Part shown: one piece after another, positions 38,995 to 49,383 of the stretch
How positions within the stretch are numbered: position 1 is the stretch's first letter
Layout of the letters: each line of letters opens with the position of its first letter
Source: Bacteroidota bacterium
GTDB taxonomy: Bacteria > Bacteroidota > Bacteroidia > Chitinophagales > CAIODY01
Assembly: GCA_046051225.1 (NCBI GenBank)
Contig: JBJOOR010000007.1
Location: 87,894 to 151,893, forward strand
Length of the DNA stretch: 64,000 nucleotides
Direction: 5' to 3'
The notes under the pieces: generated by a model
The model's input: the letters and a program-made list of their open reading frames with translations, nothing else
What the model was told of the DNA's origin: nothing
Databases searched by the model: none
Position numbers and translations under genes: made by a program

Positions 38995-41766
38995 ATGAAA
39001 AACAAATTACACTTACTTATTTTAGTTTTAATGATGGCGACAGGTTTTTATGGTTATTATCATTCAAAACAAAAAACATCTATTCAATTGCCTTTTGCAT
39101 CCAACGAAGCAGGCGAACGTGAAGAAATAAAAGAATGGGAAGATGCCATGCTTGCCGACCCTACAACGGGCGAAATACCAAAAGGTATTCATGCTATTGA
39201 ACAAAATTTTGCTCAACATTTTATTCATGATGCTATATCAAAAACTAAAAGCAGTAAGCAATTAGAACAATGGAAACTTAGAGGACCTTGGAATGTAGGC
39301 GGTAGAACAAGAGCCTTTGCTATTGATATTACAAACGATTCTGTATTATTTGCTGGTGGTGTTTCGGGTGGTTTGTGGCGCAGCGCCGATAGAGGAAATA
39401 GTTGGACAAGAGTAACCAATAAACATCATAACCCCGATGTGGTATCAATAGCGCAAGATACAAGAGCTGGACATACAAAAACCTGGTATTATAGCACAGG
39501 CGAAGCCTTAGGCACTTCGGCAAGCGGCGGCGGTTCATTTTATTTGGGCGATGGTATTTTTAAATCTGTTGATGGTGGTTTTACTTGGGATTCATTACCA
39601 GCTACCACAAGCGGAAATCCTCAAGGACCTTATAATGCATTTCAAATAAGTTATAATTTAATTTTTAATGCTGCCAATAAAACCCAAGATGAAATAATGC
39701 TTGCCTCGTTATATTATGGTATACAGCGTAGCATCGATGGTGGCGCTACGTTTACACAAGTATTAGGTTCGGCACAAAATTGTGGGTATGAATCGGATAT
39801 AGCTGTTGATACCAATGGTGTTTATTATGCTACATCTAGCTCGGATGCAAGCTCGGTTAAAGGTATTTTTAGAAGTACCAATGGAACAACTTGGACAAAT
39901 ATTACACCCACAAACTTTCATACCACTTATGGTTTAACAAAAATTGGCATTAACCCATCTAACCAAAATGAAGTTTATTTTTTAGTTGCCGATGCTGATA
40001 CATTAGGTTTAAAAACTAGTAATGTTTGGGGCGATATTGAATACACAGGCTTATGGAAATATACTTATGTTAGCGGTAATGGCAGTGGCGCAGGTGGTAC
40101 ATGGGTAAATTTATCCAAAAACTTACCACAAGGTTTATTAAACTTTGATGGCTTTCATGCCCAAGGCGGATATGACCTTTTAGTAAAAGTACATCCTACA
40201 CAACCCAACACTGTTTTTATTTGCGGTACAAATATTTACCGTTCTACAAATGGTTTTACAACCAATACACAAACCAAGCAAATAGGTGGCTATGCCATAG
40301 GCACACAATTAATCGGATTTCAATTATACGCCAATCATCACCCCGACCAACACGATTTTTGGTTTTTACCATCTAACCCAAATATAGCTTTTAGTGCCTG
40401 CGATGGCGGTGTATATCAAACCACAAATTGTATGGCAAGTACCGTTGCCTGGACTAAATTAGACAGAGGATATTATACCACACAATTTTATACAGCCCAA
40501 TTACACCCCGACTATACCAACGATATTTTATTAGGTGGATTGCAGGATAATGGAATTTTTTGGACCAACTCATCATCTGTAACCACACCTTGGAAAATGC
40601 CTTTTAATGGCGATGGTGCTTGGCTTGATATGAGTAATGATGGCAATACTTATTACTTATCTATTCAAGAAGGCAAAGTACTTAAGGCATCCGTTGATAA
40701 TACAGGAACGATAACTCAATTTGCACGAATAGACCCCAAGTATGCATCACGAAGCGATTACCAGTTTATCAATCAATTTGTAGTAGACAAAGCTGATGAT
40801 AAAATAATGTATATGCCTGCTGGCAGAAAATTGTTTAGAAACGATAATTTATATGGAATTCCGTTTTCAGGCAATCACGATTCCATTGCTACCAATTGGA
40901 TTCAATTTCCCGATACATTAGTTGGCACTAATCAATTTACTGCTATTGCTTGTTCAAAAACAGGGCATACACTTTATGTAGGCACAAAAGCTCGAAAAGT
41001 TTATCGCATTGATAACGCAAACACTGGAACGCCAAATATGAATGATATTACAGGATCGTTTCCAAATGGATTTGTAAATTGTATAGCCGTTGACCCAACA
41101 GATGCCAACAAAGTAGTAGTAGTATATTCAAACTATAATACCTACAGTATTTTTTATTCAACCGATGGTGGAAACGATTGGATACGCTGCTCGGGTAATT
41201 TAGAAACATCGGTAAGTGGCGCAGGAAGTGGCCCATCTGTTAGATGGATTACCATGATGCCTTATCAAGGCCACATGAAATATTTTGCAGGTACAAGCAT
41301 TGGTTTATTCAGTGCCGATTCGCTTACTATGCATGATGTATCAAACCCAGGTACACAATGGACAATGGAAGGCGTAAACGAAATTGGAAACACAATTGTA
41401 CCTTATATTCAAATTAGAGAAGCCGATAATATGGTGGCTGTAGCTACGCATGGTAGCGGTGTTTTCACCATTCATTATGGTTGGAATGTAGGCGTAGGCG
41501 AAATTGAAAATACAGCCAACGATATAATTGTGTATCCTAATCCAACTAATGATTTTGTAAAATTAAATTGGAATAGTAATGTGGCAGCTGAAATAAAAAT
41601 GCAATTGTTTGATATTTCGGGCAAGCAAATTTTTGTAAAATCAATTCATTCATCAATAGGGAAAAATACTGAAACTATTGATGTAAAAGGTTTTATAGCT
41701 GGTACATATTTTTTAAACATGAATGATGGAAAAAATAATTTCAACAAAAAAATAATTATTCAATAA
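38995..41766 (+). CDS. T9SS-secreted BNR-repeat beta-propeller protein
   Basis: RGPWNVGGRTRA, Asp-boxes SxDGGxxW, VYPNPT C-terminal domain. Confidence 0.85.
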   Translation: MKNKLHLLILVLMMATGFYGYYHSKQKTSIQLPFASNEAGEREEIKEWEDAMLADPTTGEIPKGIHAIEQNFAQHFIHDAISKTKSSKQLEQWKLRGPWNVGGRTRAFAIDITNDSVLFAGGVSGGLWRSADRGNSWTRVTNKHHNPDVVSIAQDTRAGHTKTWYYSTGEALGTSASGGGSFYLGDGIFKSVDGGFTWDSLPATTSGNPQGPYNAFQISYNLIFNAANKTQDEIMLASLYYGIQRSIDGGATFTQVLGSAQNCGYESDIAVDTNGVYYATSSSDASSVKGIFRSTNGTTWTNITPTNFHTTYGLTKIGINPSNQNEVYFLVADADTLGLKTSNVWGDIEYTGLWKYTYVSGNGSGAGGTWVNLSKNLPQGLLNFDGFHAQGGYDLLVKVHPTQPNTVFICGTNIYRSTNGFTTNTQTKQIGGYAIGTQLIGFQLYANHHPDQHDFWFLPSNPNIAFSACDGGVYQTTNCMASTVAWTKLDRGYYTTQFYTAQLHPDYTNDILLGGLQDNGIFWTNSSSVTTPWKMPFNGDGAWLDMSNDGNTYYLSIQEGKVLKASVDNTGTITQFARIDPKYASRSDYQFINQFVVDKADDKIMYMPAGRKLFRNDNLYGIPFSGNHDSIATNWIQFPDTLVGTNQFTAIACSKTGHTLYVGTKARKVYRIDNANTGTPNMNDITGSFPNGFVNCIAVDPTDANKVVVVYSNYNTYSIFYSTDGGNDWIRCSGNLETSVSGAGSGPSVRWITMMPYQGHMKYFAGTSIGLFSADSLTMHDVSNPGTQWTMEGVNEIGNTIVPYIQIREADNMVAVATHGSGVFTIHYGWNVGVGEIENTANDIIVYPNPTNDFVKLNWNSNVAAEIKMQLFDISGKQIFVKSIHSSIGKNTETIDVKGFIAGTYFLNMNDGKNNFNKKIIIQ

Positions 41767-42116
41767 TGAAAAAAGTAATTTTAATTGGTGTAGGAATAAT
41801 TGCAACATTTTCGTGCAGAAAAATATTTCCTATCAAAAACAAAAACAAAGTATCTGTAGTAAATACTGCCAATTACGGTTGTACAGCCAATATTAGATTG
41901 GATGGTGGTGATGAAGTTTTGATTGAACGTGATGGTTCATATACATTTGAAAATGTAACAACAGCAAGCCATACAGTAACTTTAAAAGCTGTTTCACCAT
42001 GTATAAATTATAGTTCAGGCAATAGTTGTACATTCGAATTTAAAGGCGGACCACAAACTAAAACTATTACTATAACCAATACATCAGGAGCTCAAGTAAA
42101 TTTTAATTGTAACTAA
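41766..42116 (+). CDS. Small lipoprotein
   Basis: Lipobox TFSC; start overlaps the upstream stop. Confidence 0.7.
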   Translation: MKKVILIGVGIIATFSCRKIFPIKNKNKVSVVNTANYGCTANIRLDGGDEVLIERDGSYTFENVTTASHTVTLKAVSPCINYSSGNSCTFEFKGGPQTKTITITNTSGAQVNFNCN

Positions 42117-42123
42117 AAATAAA

Positions 42124-42780
42124 ATGGCATTAGATAAATTTCAAATAGCAAAACGCATAGCACAAGAATTACAAGATGGATATTATGTAAATCTTGGCAT
42201 CGGTATTCCAACCTTGGTAAGTAATTATATTCCTGATGGGATAAGTGTAATGTTTCAAAGTGAAAATGGTATTTTAGGAATGGGGCCTTACCCTACCGAA
42301 GATGCTGTGGATGCAGATTTGATAAATGCAGGAAAAGAAACAGTAACCGTTGTAGCAGGTGGTGCATTTTTCGATTCGGCTGAAAGCTTTGGTATGATAC
42401 GGGCTGGAAAGGTTGATTTAACAGTGCTTGGCGCAATGGAAGTAAGCGAACATGGCGATATTGCCAATTGGAAAATACCCGGTAAAATGGTAAAAGGAAT
42501 GGGCGGCGCAATGGATTTAGTAGCATCGGCCAAAAATATTATTGTGGCAATGATGCACACCAATCCAAAAGGCGAAAGCAAAGTTTTACCAGCATGTACA
42601 TTGCCATTAACGGGTGTAAAATGTGTGAAAAGAATTGTATCAGATTTATGTGTGATGGATGTAACACCAAATGGTTTTAAATTGATAGAACGTGCACCAG
42701 GTGTAAGTGTTGAAGAAATAAAATCGAAAACATTAGGCAAATTAATTGTAGATGGCGAAATACCAGAAATGAAATTATAA
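42124..42780 (+). CDS. scoB: 3-oxoacid CoA-transferase subunit B
   Basis: [29 protein letters not shown]. Confidence 0.92.
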   Translation: MALDKFQIAKRIAQELQDGYYVNLGIGIPTLVSNYIPDGISVMFQSENGILGMGPYPTEDAVDADLINAGKETVTVVAGGAFFDSAESFGMIRAGKVDLTVLGAMEVSEHGDIANWKIPGKMVKGMGGAMDLVASAKNIIVAMMHTNPKGESKVLPACTLPLTGVKCVKRIVSDLCVMDVTPNGFKLIERAPGVSVEEIKSKTLGKLIVDGEIPEMKL

Positions 42781-43404
42781 TTGGCATTTAACCACATACA
42801 TATTGAACATTTAAGCGATGCCGAATTAGTATTGCAATACAAACAAAGTGGCGATGATGCCTTCTTTGTTGAGTTGTATCAACGCTATACGCATTTGGTT
42901 TTAGGCACTTGCATTAAGTATTTAAAAAGCGAAGCCGCTGGCAAAGATGCGGTAATGGATATTTTCGAAAAACTATTAACCGATTTAAAACGGCATGATG
43001 TACAACATTTTAAATCGTGGTTGTATATGGTTTCAAAAAATCATTGCTTGATGCAATTAAGAAAGAAAGGCGATAATTTTGTGCCGATTGATTTAATCAA
43101 AACTTCATCAGATAGTTTTGTGGAAACTGCCGAGCAACAGCATCTGAATTTGCACACAAAAGATGCAGAAGAAAAAAAACTACATGAAGCTATTTTGCAA
43201 TTAAATGAGGAACAAAAAGTTTGTGTAGAAATGTTTTACTTAAATAATAAATGCTATCAGGAAATAGCCGATACAACTGGGTTTACATTAAATCAAGTAA
43301 AAAGTTATATTCAAAATGGCAAACGAAATTTGAAAATATATTTAGAAAAAAATGCAGTTAAATCTTCGGGTTTATTGCTTTTGATGATTGAATTATTAAA
43401 ATAA
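42781..43404 (+). CDS. ECF sigma-70 factor
   Basis: Region 2 (FKSWLY..SKNHC) and region 4 (YQEIA...VKSYIQNGKR). Confidence 0.9.
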   Translation: MAFNHIHIEHLSDAELVLQYKQSGDDAFFVELYQRYTHLVLGTCIKYLKSEAAGKDAVMDIFEKLLTDLKRHDVQHFKSWLYMVSKNHCLMQLRKKGDNFVPIDLIKTSSDSFVETAEQQHLNLHTKDAEEKKLHEAILQLNEEQKVCVEMFYLNNKCYQEIADTTGFTLNQVKSYIQNGKRNLKIYLEKNAVKSSGLLLLMIELLK

Positions 43405-44574
43405 ATGGGAGAACAATACAAACATATTTTTTCTTCAAATGATGATGTGCAGTGCATTAGCGCCGAGCAAATGAAATTGTATGTTCAAAATTTATTATCG
43501 CCAATTGAAAAACGAAATGTTGAAAATCATTTATTAGAATGTGAATTTTGCAACGATGCTGTGGAAGGTTTAAAGCAAAGCAATTTTCAAGAATACAACA
43601 AAGCACTTACTACTTTAAATAAAGAATTTAGAAGACGAAAACGAAACACCAGCCGTTTGAAAATTTTATACAGCCCTTGGAAAGTAACGGCCGTAGCAGC
43701 TTCTGTTTGTTTTTTATTAATAGGTACTGGTATTTATTTCGATTTGTTTTTAAATATTAGATTTCAAAAAGTTGCCCAAAACATTGAAAGCTTAAGTTCG
43801 CAAATTGGGCAATTAGCTAACTTGAATAAAAGTGAAAAGAAAGATACTGTAACTATCTTTAAAGAAACTGTAACGGAAAATAATAGCCTAAGCCAACCAA
43901 CCGCAACCGATGATTTAACACCACCAATTGTAAATGAAGAAGCCGAAAAATTAGATTCGATTGAAAAATCAGTAGCGGCAGCCGAAGATGTTACCAAAGA
44001 TTTATCAATTGAAAATAAACCTGCCGAAACCATCGCTATGGTTGATGCCGAAGATGATGGAGCAGCAAAAATGATAAGTAAAAAGCCGATGGTAGAAAAA
44101 AAAGCAAAAGCCGAAGCAAACCTAAATAAAGAAGCTATTTCAAAAACTGGAGCAACACAAACATTTGCAACAGCACCAGCTACTATTTCAAATATTAGCG
44201 TTTCGAATTTTGATAAAAATGCATCTTCATCAGAAAAAGCCGAAGGAATTAATTTGCTAAAAAATAAAAATTATATAAAAGCAATTTCAATTTTAAATGC
44301 AGCAGCGGTTAAAGAACAACAAAATTTTGAAGTAAAATATTATTTAGGATTGAGCTATTACTTATCGGGCAATTATATTGAAGCCATTAAACAATTTGAT
44401 TTTATTATGCTTAGCAATAATCAGCAATGGTACGAAATAGCCCGATACCAAAAGGCTTTGGCTCATTTAAAAATAAATGATGTGGCAACTGCTAAAAATA
44501 TTTTCGAACAAATTATTTCAGAAAATGGCAAATATTCTCCCAATGCCGAAAAACAATTAAATGAATTAAAATAA
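43405..44574 (+). CDS. Zinc-finger (HxxxCxxC) anti-sigma-like membrane protein with C-terminal TPR
   Basis: HLLECEFC, one TM helix, TPR; abuts the ECF gene. Confidence 0.8.
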   Translation: MGEQYKHIFSSNDDVQCISAEQMKLYVQNLLSPIEKRNVENHLLECEFCNDAVEGLKQSNFQEYNKALTTLNKEFRRRKRNTSRLKILYSPWKVTAVAASVCFLLIGTGIYFDLFLNIRFQKVAQNIESLSSQIGQLANLNKSEKKDTVTIFKETVTENNSLSQPTATDDLTPPIVNEEAEKLDSIEKSVAAAEDVTKDLSIENKPAETIAMVDAEDDGAAKMISKKPMVEKKAKAEANLNKEAISKTGATQTFATAPATISNISVSNFDKNASSSEKAEGINLLKNKNYIKAISILNAAAVKEQQNFEVKYYLGLSYYLSGNYIEAIKQFDFIMLSNNQQWYEIARYQKALAHLKINDVATAKNIFEQIISENGKYSPNAEKQLNELK

Positions 44575-44708
44575 TTTGATGTGGTTGAAATTTAATTCCA
44601 ATCCAATTTAATTTCCTTTAAGTATTACAATTATACTGTTTGATATTTTGAAACCATAAATTCATACTAAACTTGTACATTTGCGGCTTATTCAAAAACA
44701 ATTAATCA

Positions 44709-45851
44709 ATGAAATTTTCAACCAAAGCCATTCACAACGGACAAAAGCCAGATGCTACTTCGGGTGCAATTATTCCACCAATTTATATGACCTCTACTTA
44801 TGTGCAAGAAAGCCCAGGCAACACCAAAGGCTACGATTACACAAGAGCTGGAAACCCTAATTTTACTAACTTGGAAGAGGCTTTGGCATCATTGGAGGAA
44901 GGAAAATACGCTACCATTTTTTCATCGGGTTTGGGAGCAATTACTGCATTGATTTCAACTTTGAAAAGTGGCGACAAAGTGCTTGCCACAAACGATTTGT
45001 ATGGTGGCACTTATCGAATTTTTACAAGAGTTTTTTCGCAATTCAATATTCAATTTGAAACTATCAACACACAAGATTTGGCAGAGGTTGAAATGAAAAT
45101 GAGTGAAAAACCAAAATTCATTTTGATTGAATCGCCCACCAATCCGTTGTTGAATATTTCCGACATCGCAGCCATTTCTACCATCGCAAAAAAACATGGT
45201 GTAATGGTAGTGGTTGATAATACTTTTGCTTCTTCTTATTTTCAAAATCCATTGGCATTAGGTGCTGATGTGGTGATGCATTCGACCACAAAATATATTG
45301 GCGGACACAGCGATACTATTGGTGGTTTGCTGGTTACAAACGATTTGGAATTGAAACAAAAATTTGATTTTGGTAGAATGGCAATTGGCTTAAATCCAAG
45401 TCCATTCGATGCTTGGTTAACATCACGAAGCATCAAAACTTTGGGTGTAAGAATGGAACGTCATGCCGAAAATGCAATGAAAGTAGCCGAGTTTTTTGAA
45501 CAGCATCCAAAGGTGAAAAAAGTATATTATCCGGGTTTGAAATCTCATCCAAATCATGCCATTGCGATGAAACAAATGAGAGGATTTAGCGGCATTGTTT
45601 CAGTTGAATTTAATTGCGATTTAGAAACTACGAAGAAATTAATTTCATCACTTCATATTTTTAGTTTGGCTGAAAGCCTTGGTGGTGTTGAATCTTTGGT
45701 TGACCATCCAGCATCAATGACACATGCATCCATCCCAAAAGCTGAACGTGAAAAAATTGGATTAGCTGATGGCTTGGTTCGCTTTTCGGTGGGTATTGAA
45801 AATATTGAAGATATTATGGCTGATTTAGAAAATGCTTTAGCGACAGTTTAA
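44709..45851 (+). CDS. Cystathionine gamma-lyase/synthase
   Basis: YTRAGNP, ESPTNP, DNTF, HSTTKYIGGHSD, AESLGGVESL. Confidence 0.9.
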   Translation: MKFSTKAIHNGQKPDATSGAIIPPIYMTSTYVQESPGNTKGYDYTRAGNPNFTNLEEALASLEEGKYATIFSSGLGAITALISTLKSGDKVLATNDLYGGTYRIFTRVFSQFNIQFETINTQDLAEVEMKMSEKPKFILIESPTNPLLNISDIAAISTIAKKHGVMVVVDNTFASSYFQNPLALGADVVMHSTTKYIGGHSDTIGGLLVTNDLELKQKFDFGRMAIGLNPSPFDAWLTSRSIKTLGVRMERHAENAMKVAEFFEQHPKVKKVYYPGLKSHPNHAIAMKQMRGFSGIVSVEFNCDLETTKKLISSLHIFSLAESLGGVESLVDHPASMTHASIPKAEREKIGLADGLVRFSVGIENIEDIMADLENALATV

Positions 45852-45867
45852 TGATAATTTTTAATCG

Positions 45868-45903
45868 AAAAAAGGCAAATACAAAAACGTATTTGCCTTT
45901 TTT
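45868..45903 (+). terminator. Rho-independent terminator
   Basis: AAAAAAGGCAAATAC...GTATTTGCCTTTTTT. Confidence 0.8.
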
Positions 45904-45935
45904 ATTTACTTAAATTTGCGAATTAAAATTCCATC

Positions 45936-47126
45936 ATGAATAAATCATTACACATCGAAAGTGTTTGCGTACAAGCCGACAAATACCCCAACCATAGCCA
46001 CATTCTGCCTATTTATCCTACATCAACTTATACATTTGATACGGCTGAAGAAGGTGCAGCAATTTTGCAAGGAAAAGAAAAAGGCTATATTTATAGTAGG
46101 TTCGAAAACCCAACATCCGACCCTGTTTGTGAAAAAATTGCAGCCTTAGAATCGTTTGGATTAAACATGAAATTGCAAGCATTTCTTACTGCATCGGGCA
46201 TGGGTGCAATTAGCTCTGTGATGATGGCTTGTGTGAAACAAGGCGAAAAAGTTTTAACGCATTATTCGTTGTATGGTGGCACCGAAGAATGGATGATGCG
46301 ATTGATGCCAAACATGGGCGTAGAGCCGATTGTAATTGATTTTGATAATTTGAATAATGTAGAAACGGTTTTAAAAAATGATAAAACAATTTCATTAATT
46401 TATATCGAAACGCCTGCCAATCCTACGTTGCAGTGTGTGGATATAAAAGCGATTTGCGATTTAGCAAAAAAATATTCGGTTCGTGTTTGTTGCGATAACA
46501 CTTTTGCAACGCCCATTTTACAACAACCTTTTGCACACGGAGTTGATTTTGTAATTCATTCGGTTACTAAATATTTGAATGGGCATGGTACTACAATTGG
46601 TGGTGTGGTATTGGGAAATGATTTAGAATTTATGAATACCATTTACAAAAAAACATATCGTTTGTTGGGTGCAAATTCAAATCCGTTCGATTCGTGGTTG
46701 GTGATGAATGGCTTGAAAACACTGCCTTTGCGGATGGAACGACATTGCAGCAATGCAATGAAAGTAGCTGAATATTTACAAACAAATAATGCCATTTCGC
46801 AAGTGCATTATTTAGGAATTAAAAATCATCCGTATCATCAATTAGCAAAAAAGCAGATGAAAGATTTTGGCGGCATGATTTGTTTTGAATTAAAAAATGG
46901 ATTAAGTGGCGGACAAAAATTCATCAACAATTTAAATCTTTGTGTGAAGGCAGTTTCGTTAGGAACGGTTGATACGTTGGTATCGCATCCAGCATCAATG
47001 ACGCATACCAACATACCCAAAGAAGAACGCTTGAAATATGGTATTACAGATGGCTTAATCCGCATGAGTGTTGGCTTAGAGCATGTGGATGATATAATTG
47101 CAGATATTGAAAATGCGTTGAAATAA
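45936..47126 (+). CDS. Methionine gamma-lyase-like PLP enzyme
   Basis: YIYSR..NP, ETPANP, HSVTKYLNGHG, AVSLG, HPASMTH. Confidence 0.8.
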   Translation: MNKSLHIESVCVQADKYPNHSHILPIYPTSTYTFDTAEEGAAILQGKEKGYIYSRFENPTSDPVCEKIAALESFGLNMKLQAFLTASGMGAISSVMMACVKQGEKVLTHYSLYGGTEEWMMRLMPNMGVEPIVIDFDNLNNVETVLKNDKTISLIYIETPANPTLQCVDIKAICDLAKKYSVRVCCDNTFATPILQQPFAHGVDFVIHSVTKYLNGHGTTIGGVVLGNDLEFMNTIYKKTYRLLGANSNPFDSWLVMNGLKTLPLRMERHCSNAMKVAEYLQTNNAISQVHYLGIKNHPYHQLAKKQMKDFGGMICFELKNGLSGGQKFINNLNLCVKAVSLGTVDTLVSHPASMTHTNIPKEERLKYGITDGLIRMSVGLEHVDDIIADIENALK

Positions 47127-47133
47127 AAAATAA

Positions 47134-47150
47134 ATTCGTGCATTCGTGGC
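47134..47150 (+). repeat. ATTCGTGCATTCGTGGC dispersed motif, copy 2
   Basis: Identical to 49277-49293; one mismatch to 1681-1697. Confidence 0.7.
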
Positions 47151-47170
47151 GATAAAATAAAAATCAAAAA

Positions 47171-48676
47171 ATGAAAACTATCAAAAAAATATTAGTTGCT
47201 AATCGTGGCGAAATTGCCATTCGTGTAATGCGAACTGCAAAAGAAATGGGCATTAAAACTGTGGCTGTTTTTTCCGAAGCCGATAGAAATGCGTTGCATG
47301 TAAGATACGCTGATGAAGCCGTTTGCATCGGTGCTCCACCCAGCAATCAATCCTATTTATTGGGTGATAAAATTATTGCAGTTGCAAAAAGTTTGAATGT
47401 AGATGCCATTCATCCTGGTTATGGTTTTTTGAGTGAAAATGCTGGATTTTCAAAAGCAGTGAAAGATGCAGGAATGATTTTTATTGGACCAAGTGAAGCA
47501 TCTATACTTTCAATGGGAAGTAAAATTGCTGCGAAAGAAACCGCAAAAAAATACAATGTGCCTTTAGTGCCAGGCACTGAAAATGCTGTATTGACAAGTG
47601 CTGATGCTTTGAAAATTGCAACCGAAATTGGTTTTCCTGTTTTAATAAAAGCTAGTGCAGGTGGTGGTGGTAAAGGGATGAGAGCTGTTTATAAAACCGA
47701 AGAATTAGTAGAACAATATGAAATGGCGAAGAGTGAAGCCAAAAATTCTTTTGGCGATGATGCGGTGATGATTGAAAAATATGTAACCGCCCCTCGACAT
47801 ATTGAAATTCAGGTTTTATGTGATAATCATGGTAATGGCGTTTATCTTTTTGAAAGAGAATGCAGCATACAACGCCGACATCAAAAGTTGGTGGAGGAAG
47901 CACCATCGGCTTGTTTAACGCCCGAAATCAGAAAGGCGATGGGCGAATGTTCTATCCGATTGGCATTGGCTTGTAACTACAGCGGAGCAGGCACTGTAGA
48001 GTTTTTGGTAGATGATAAACTGAATTTTTATTTCTTAGAAATGAATACCCGTTTGCAAGTGGAGCATCCTGTTTCTGAAATTATTTGTGGCAAAGATTTG
48101 GTTGCCGAACAAATAAAAGTGGCGATGGATTTACCACTTTCATTCACACAAGATGATTTGAAAATTAATGGGCATAGCATAGAACTTCGTGTTTGTGCCG
48201 AAGACCCAATGAATAATTTCTTACCTGATATTGGAAAGTTAATTCGCTATGAAAAGCCCAACGGCACAGGCGTAAGAGTAGATGATGCGTATGAACAAGG
48301 CATGGATATTCCGATTTATTACGACCCGATGATTGCAAAATTAATTGTGCATGCACCTACTCGTGATGAAGCCATTGATAGGCTTTGCAGAGCGATTGAT
48401 GAATATAAAATCACGGGCATTCAAACCACTTTGCAGTTTGGAAAATGGGTGGTGCAACATGAAGATTTTAGAACAGGAAATTTAACTACACACTTTATTG
48501 ATAAAAATTTCAAACCCGAATATTTAAAAACTGAAACCGCCGAAGAAGCCAACATAGCGGCTTTAGTGGCGGCACATTTTTTTGAAACAAAATCTTCATC
48601 GGTGAAAAGTGGCTCTGTTAATGTTGTAGAAAGTGTTTCAAAAAATGAGTGGAGAAAGAGAAGGGATATGAGATAG
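47171..48676 (+). CDS. accC: Acetyl/propionyl-CoA carboxylase biotin carboxylase subunit
   Basis: ANRGEIA, HPGYGFLSEN, GGGGKGMR, ECSIQRRHQK, EMNTRLQVEH. Confidence 0.9.
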   Translation: MKTIKKILVANRGEIAIRVMRTAKEMGIKTVAVFSEADRNALHVRYADEAVCIGAPPSNQSYLLGDKIIAVAKSLNVDAIHPGYGFLSENAGFSKAVKDAGMIFIGPSEASILSMGSKIAAKETAKKYNVPLVPGTENAVLTSADALKIATEIGFPVLIKASAGGGGKGMRAVYKTEELVEQYEMAKSEAKNSFGDDAVMIEKYVTAPRHIEIQVLCDNHGNGVYLFERECSIQRRHQKLVEEAPSACLTPEIRKAMGECSIRLALACNYSGAGTVEFLVDDKLNFYFLEMNTRLQVEHPVSEIICGKDLVAEQIKVAMDLPLSFTQDDLKINGHSIELRVCAEDPMNNFLPDIGKLIRYEKPNGTGVRVDDAYEQGMDIPIYYDPMIAKLIVHAPTRDEAIDRLCRAIDEYKITGIQTTLQFGKWVVQHEDFRTGNLTTHFIDKNFKPEYLKTETAEEANIAALVAAHFFETKSSSVKSGSVNVVESVSKNEWRKRRDMR

Positions 48677-48738
48677 ATTTTGATTTCAAAAGACATTTTT
48701 TTTAGAACCTAATTTATTAACCTCTTCTTAGCCTTACT

Positions 48739-49236
48739 ATGGAAGCAAATAATGTAGTCAAATTTTATTATCATTCAATTCTGGTTCCATTAAGTTCTTG
48801 CATTCCATTAATTTGGCTATCATCTATTTTTTTTGCTCCTTTTAATTCTGTATTCCCATTTATAATATTGGGAATAGTTCTTTTTGCTTTTATGACAAAA
48901 CCATTATATAGCTTAATAAAATCTAAACCTTCGTTAATGTTAAGTAAAGAGAGTCTGTATATTGATGCCTCTGATTCAAATATTTTCTGGACTGATATTG
49001 AAGAAATAAAATTAATAAAGCAAAGAGGGGCTTCAATTTCAATTAAACTAAAAGATAAGGAAAAATATATTTTCAAGAATAGAAACCCTGTAAACAGAGC
49101 ATTTCATCGAATTTCATCTTCAATTTTTCATGGCACTTTTCAAATTCCGTTAACTTTTATTAAAGGTAAAAATGAAGATATATTCGCCGCAATCAATAAT
49201 ACTTTTATTAAAGCAACGGCAATAGAGGGCTTTTAA
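48739..49236 (+). CDS. Hypothetical membrane protein (STM3941-like)
   Basis: Two TM helices, then P.L.L...IFW.DIEEI. Confidence 0.55.
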   Translation: MEANNVVKFYYHSILVPLSSCIPLIWLSSIFFAPFNSVFPFIILGIVLFAFMTKPLYSLIKSKPSLMLSKESLYIDASDSNIFWTDIEEIKLIKQRGASISIKLKDKEKYIFKNRNPVNRAFHRISSSIFHGTFQIPLTFIKGKNEDIFAAINNTFIKATAIEGF

Positions 49237-49276
49237 ATTTCTACTGACCAATATTCCTAACGGAACAAAAAAAATA

Positions 49277-49293
49277 ATTCGTGCATTCGTGGC
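49277..49293 (+). repeat. ATTCGTGCATTCGTGGC dispersed motif, copy 3
   Basis: Identical to 47134-47150. Confidence 0.7.
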
Positions 49294-49310
49294 AAAAAAG
49301 ATAAAAATCG

Positions 49311-49383
49311 TGAGCCGAATAAAATTTCTATTCGGCTCAAAAAATGCGTATATTTGAGCCGAATAATTTTACTAATCGGCTCA
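49311..49383. promoter_or_regulatory. Twin 29-bp palindromic operators around the fic promoter
   Basis: TGAGCCGAAT-N9-ATTCGGCTCA (49311-49339), TGAGCCGAAT-N9-AATCGGCTCA (49355-49383); TATATTTG at 49349. Confidence 0.7.

Noticed and set aside
42288-42842. 184-aa minus-strand ORF and similar antisense ORFs across the window
   Set aside because: Lie opposite well-supported genes and carry no recognisable motifs
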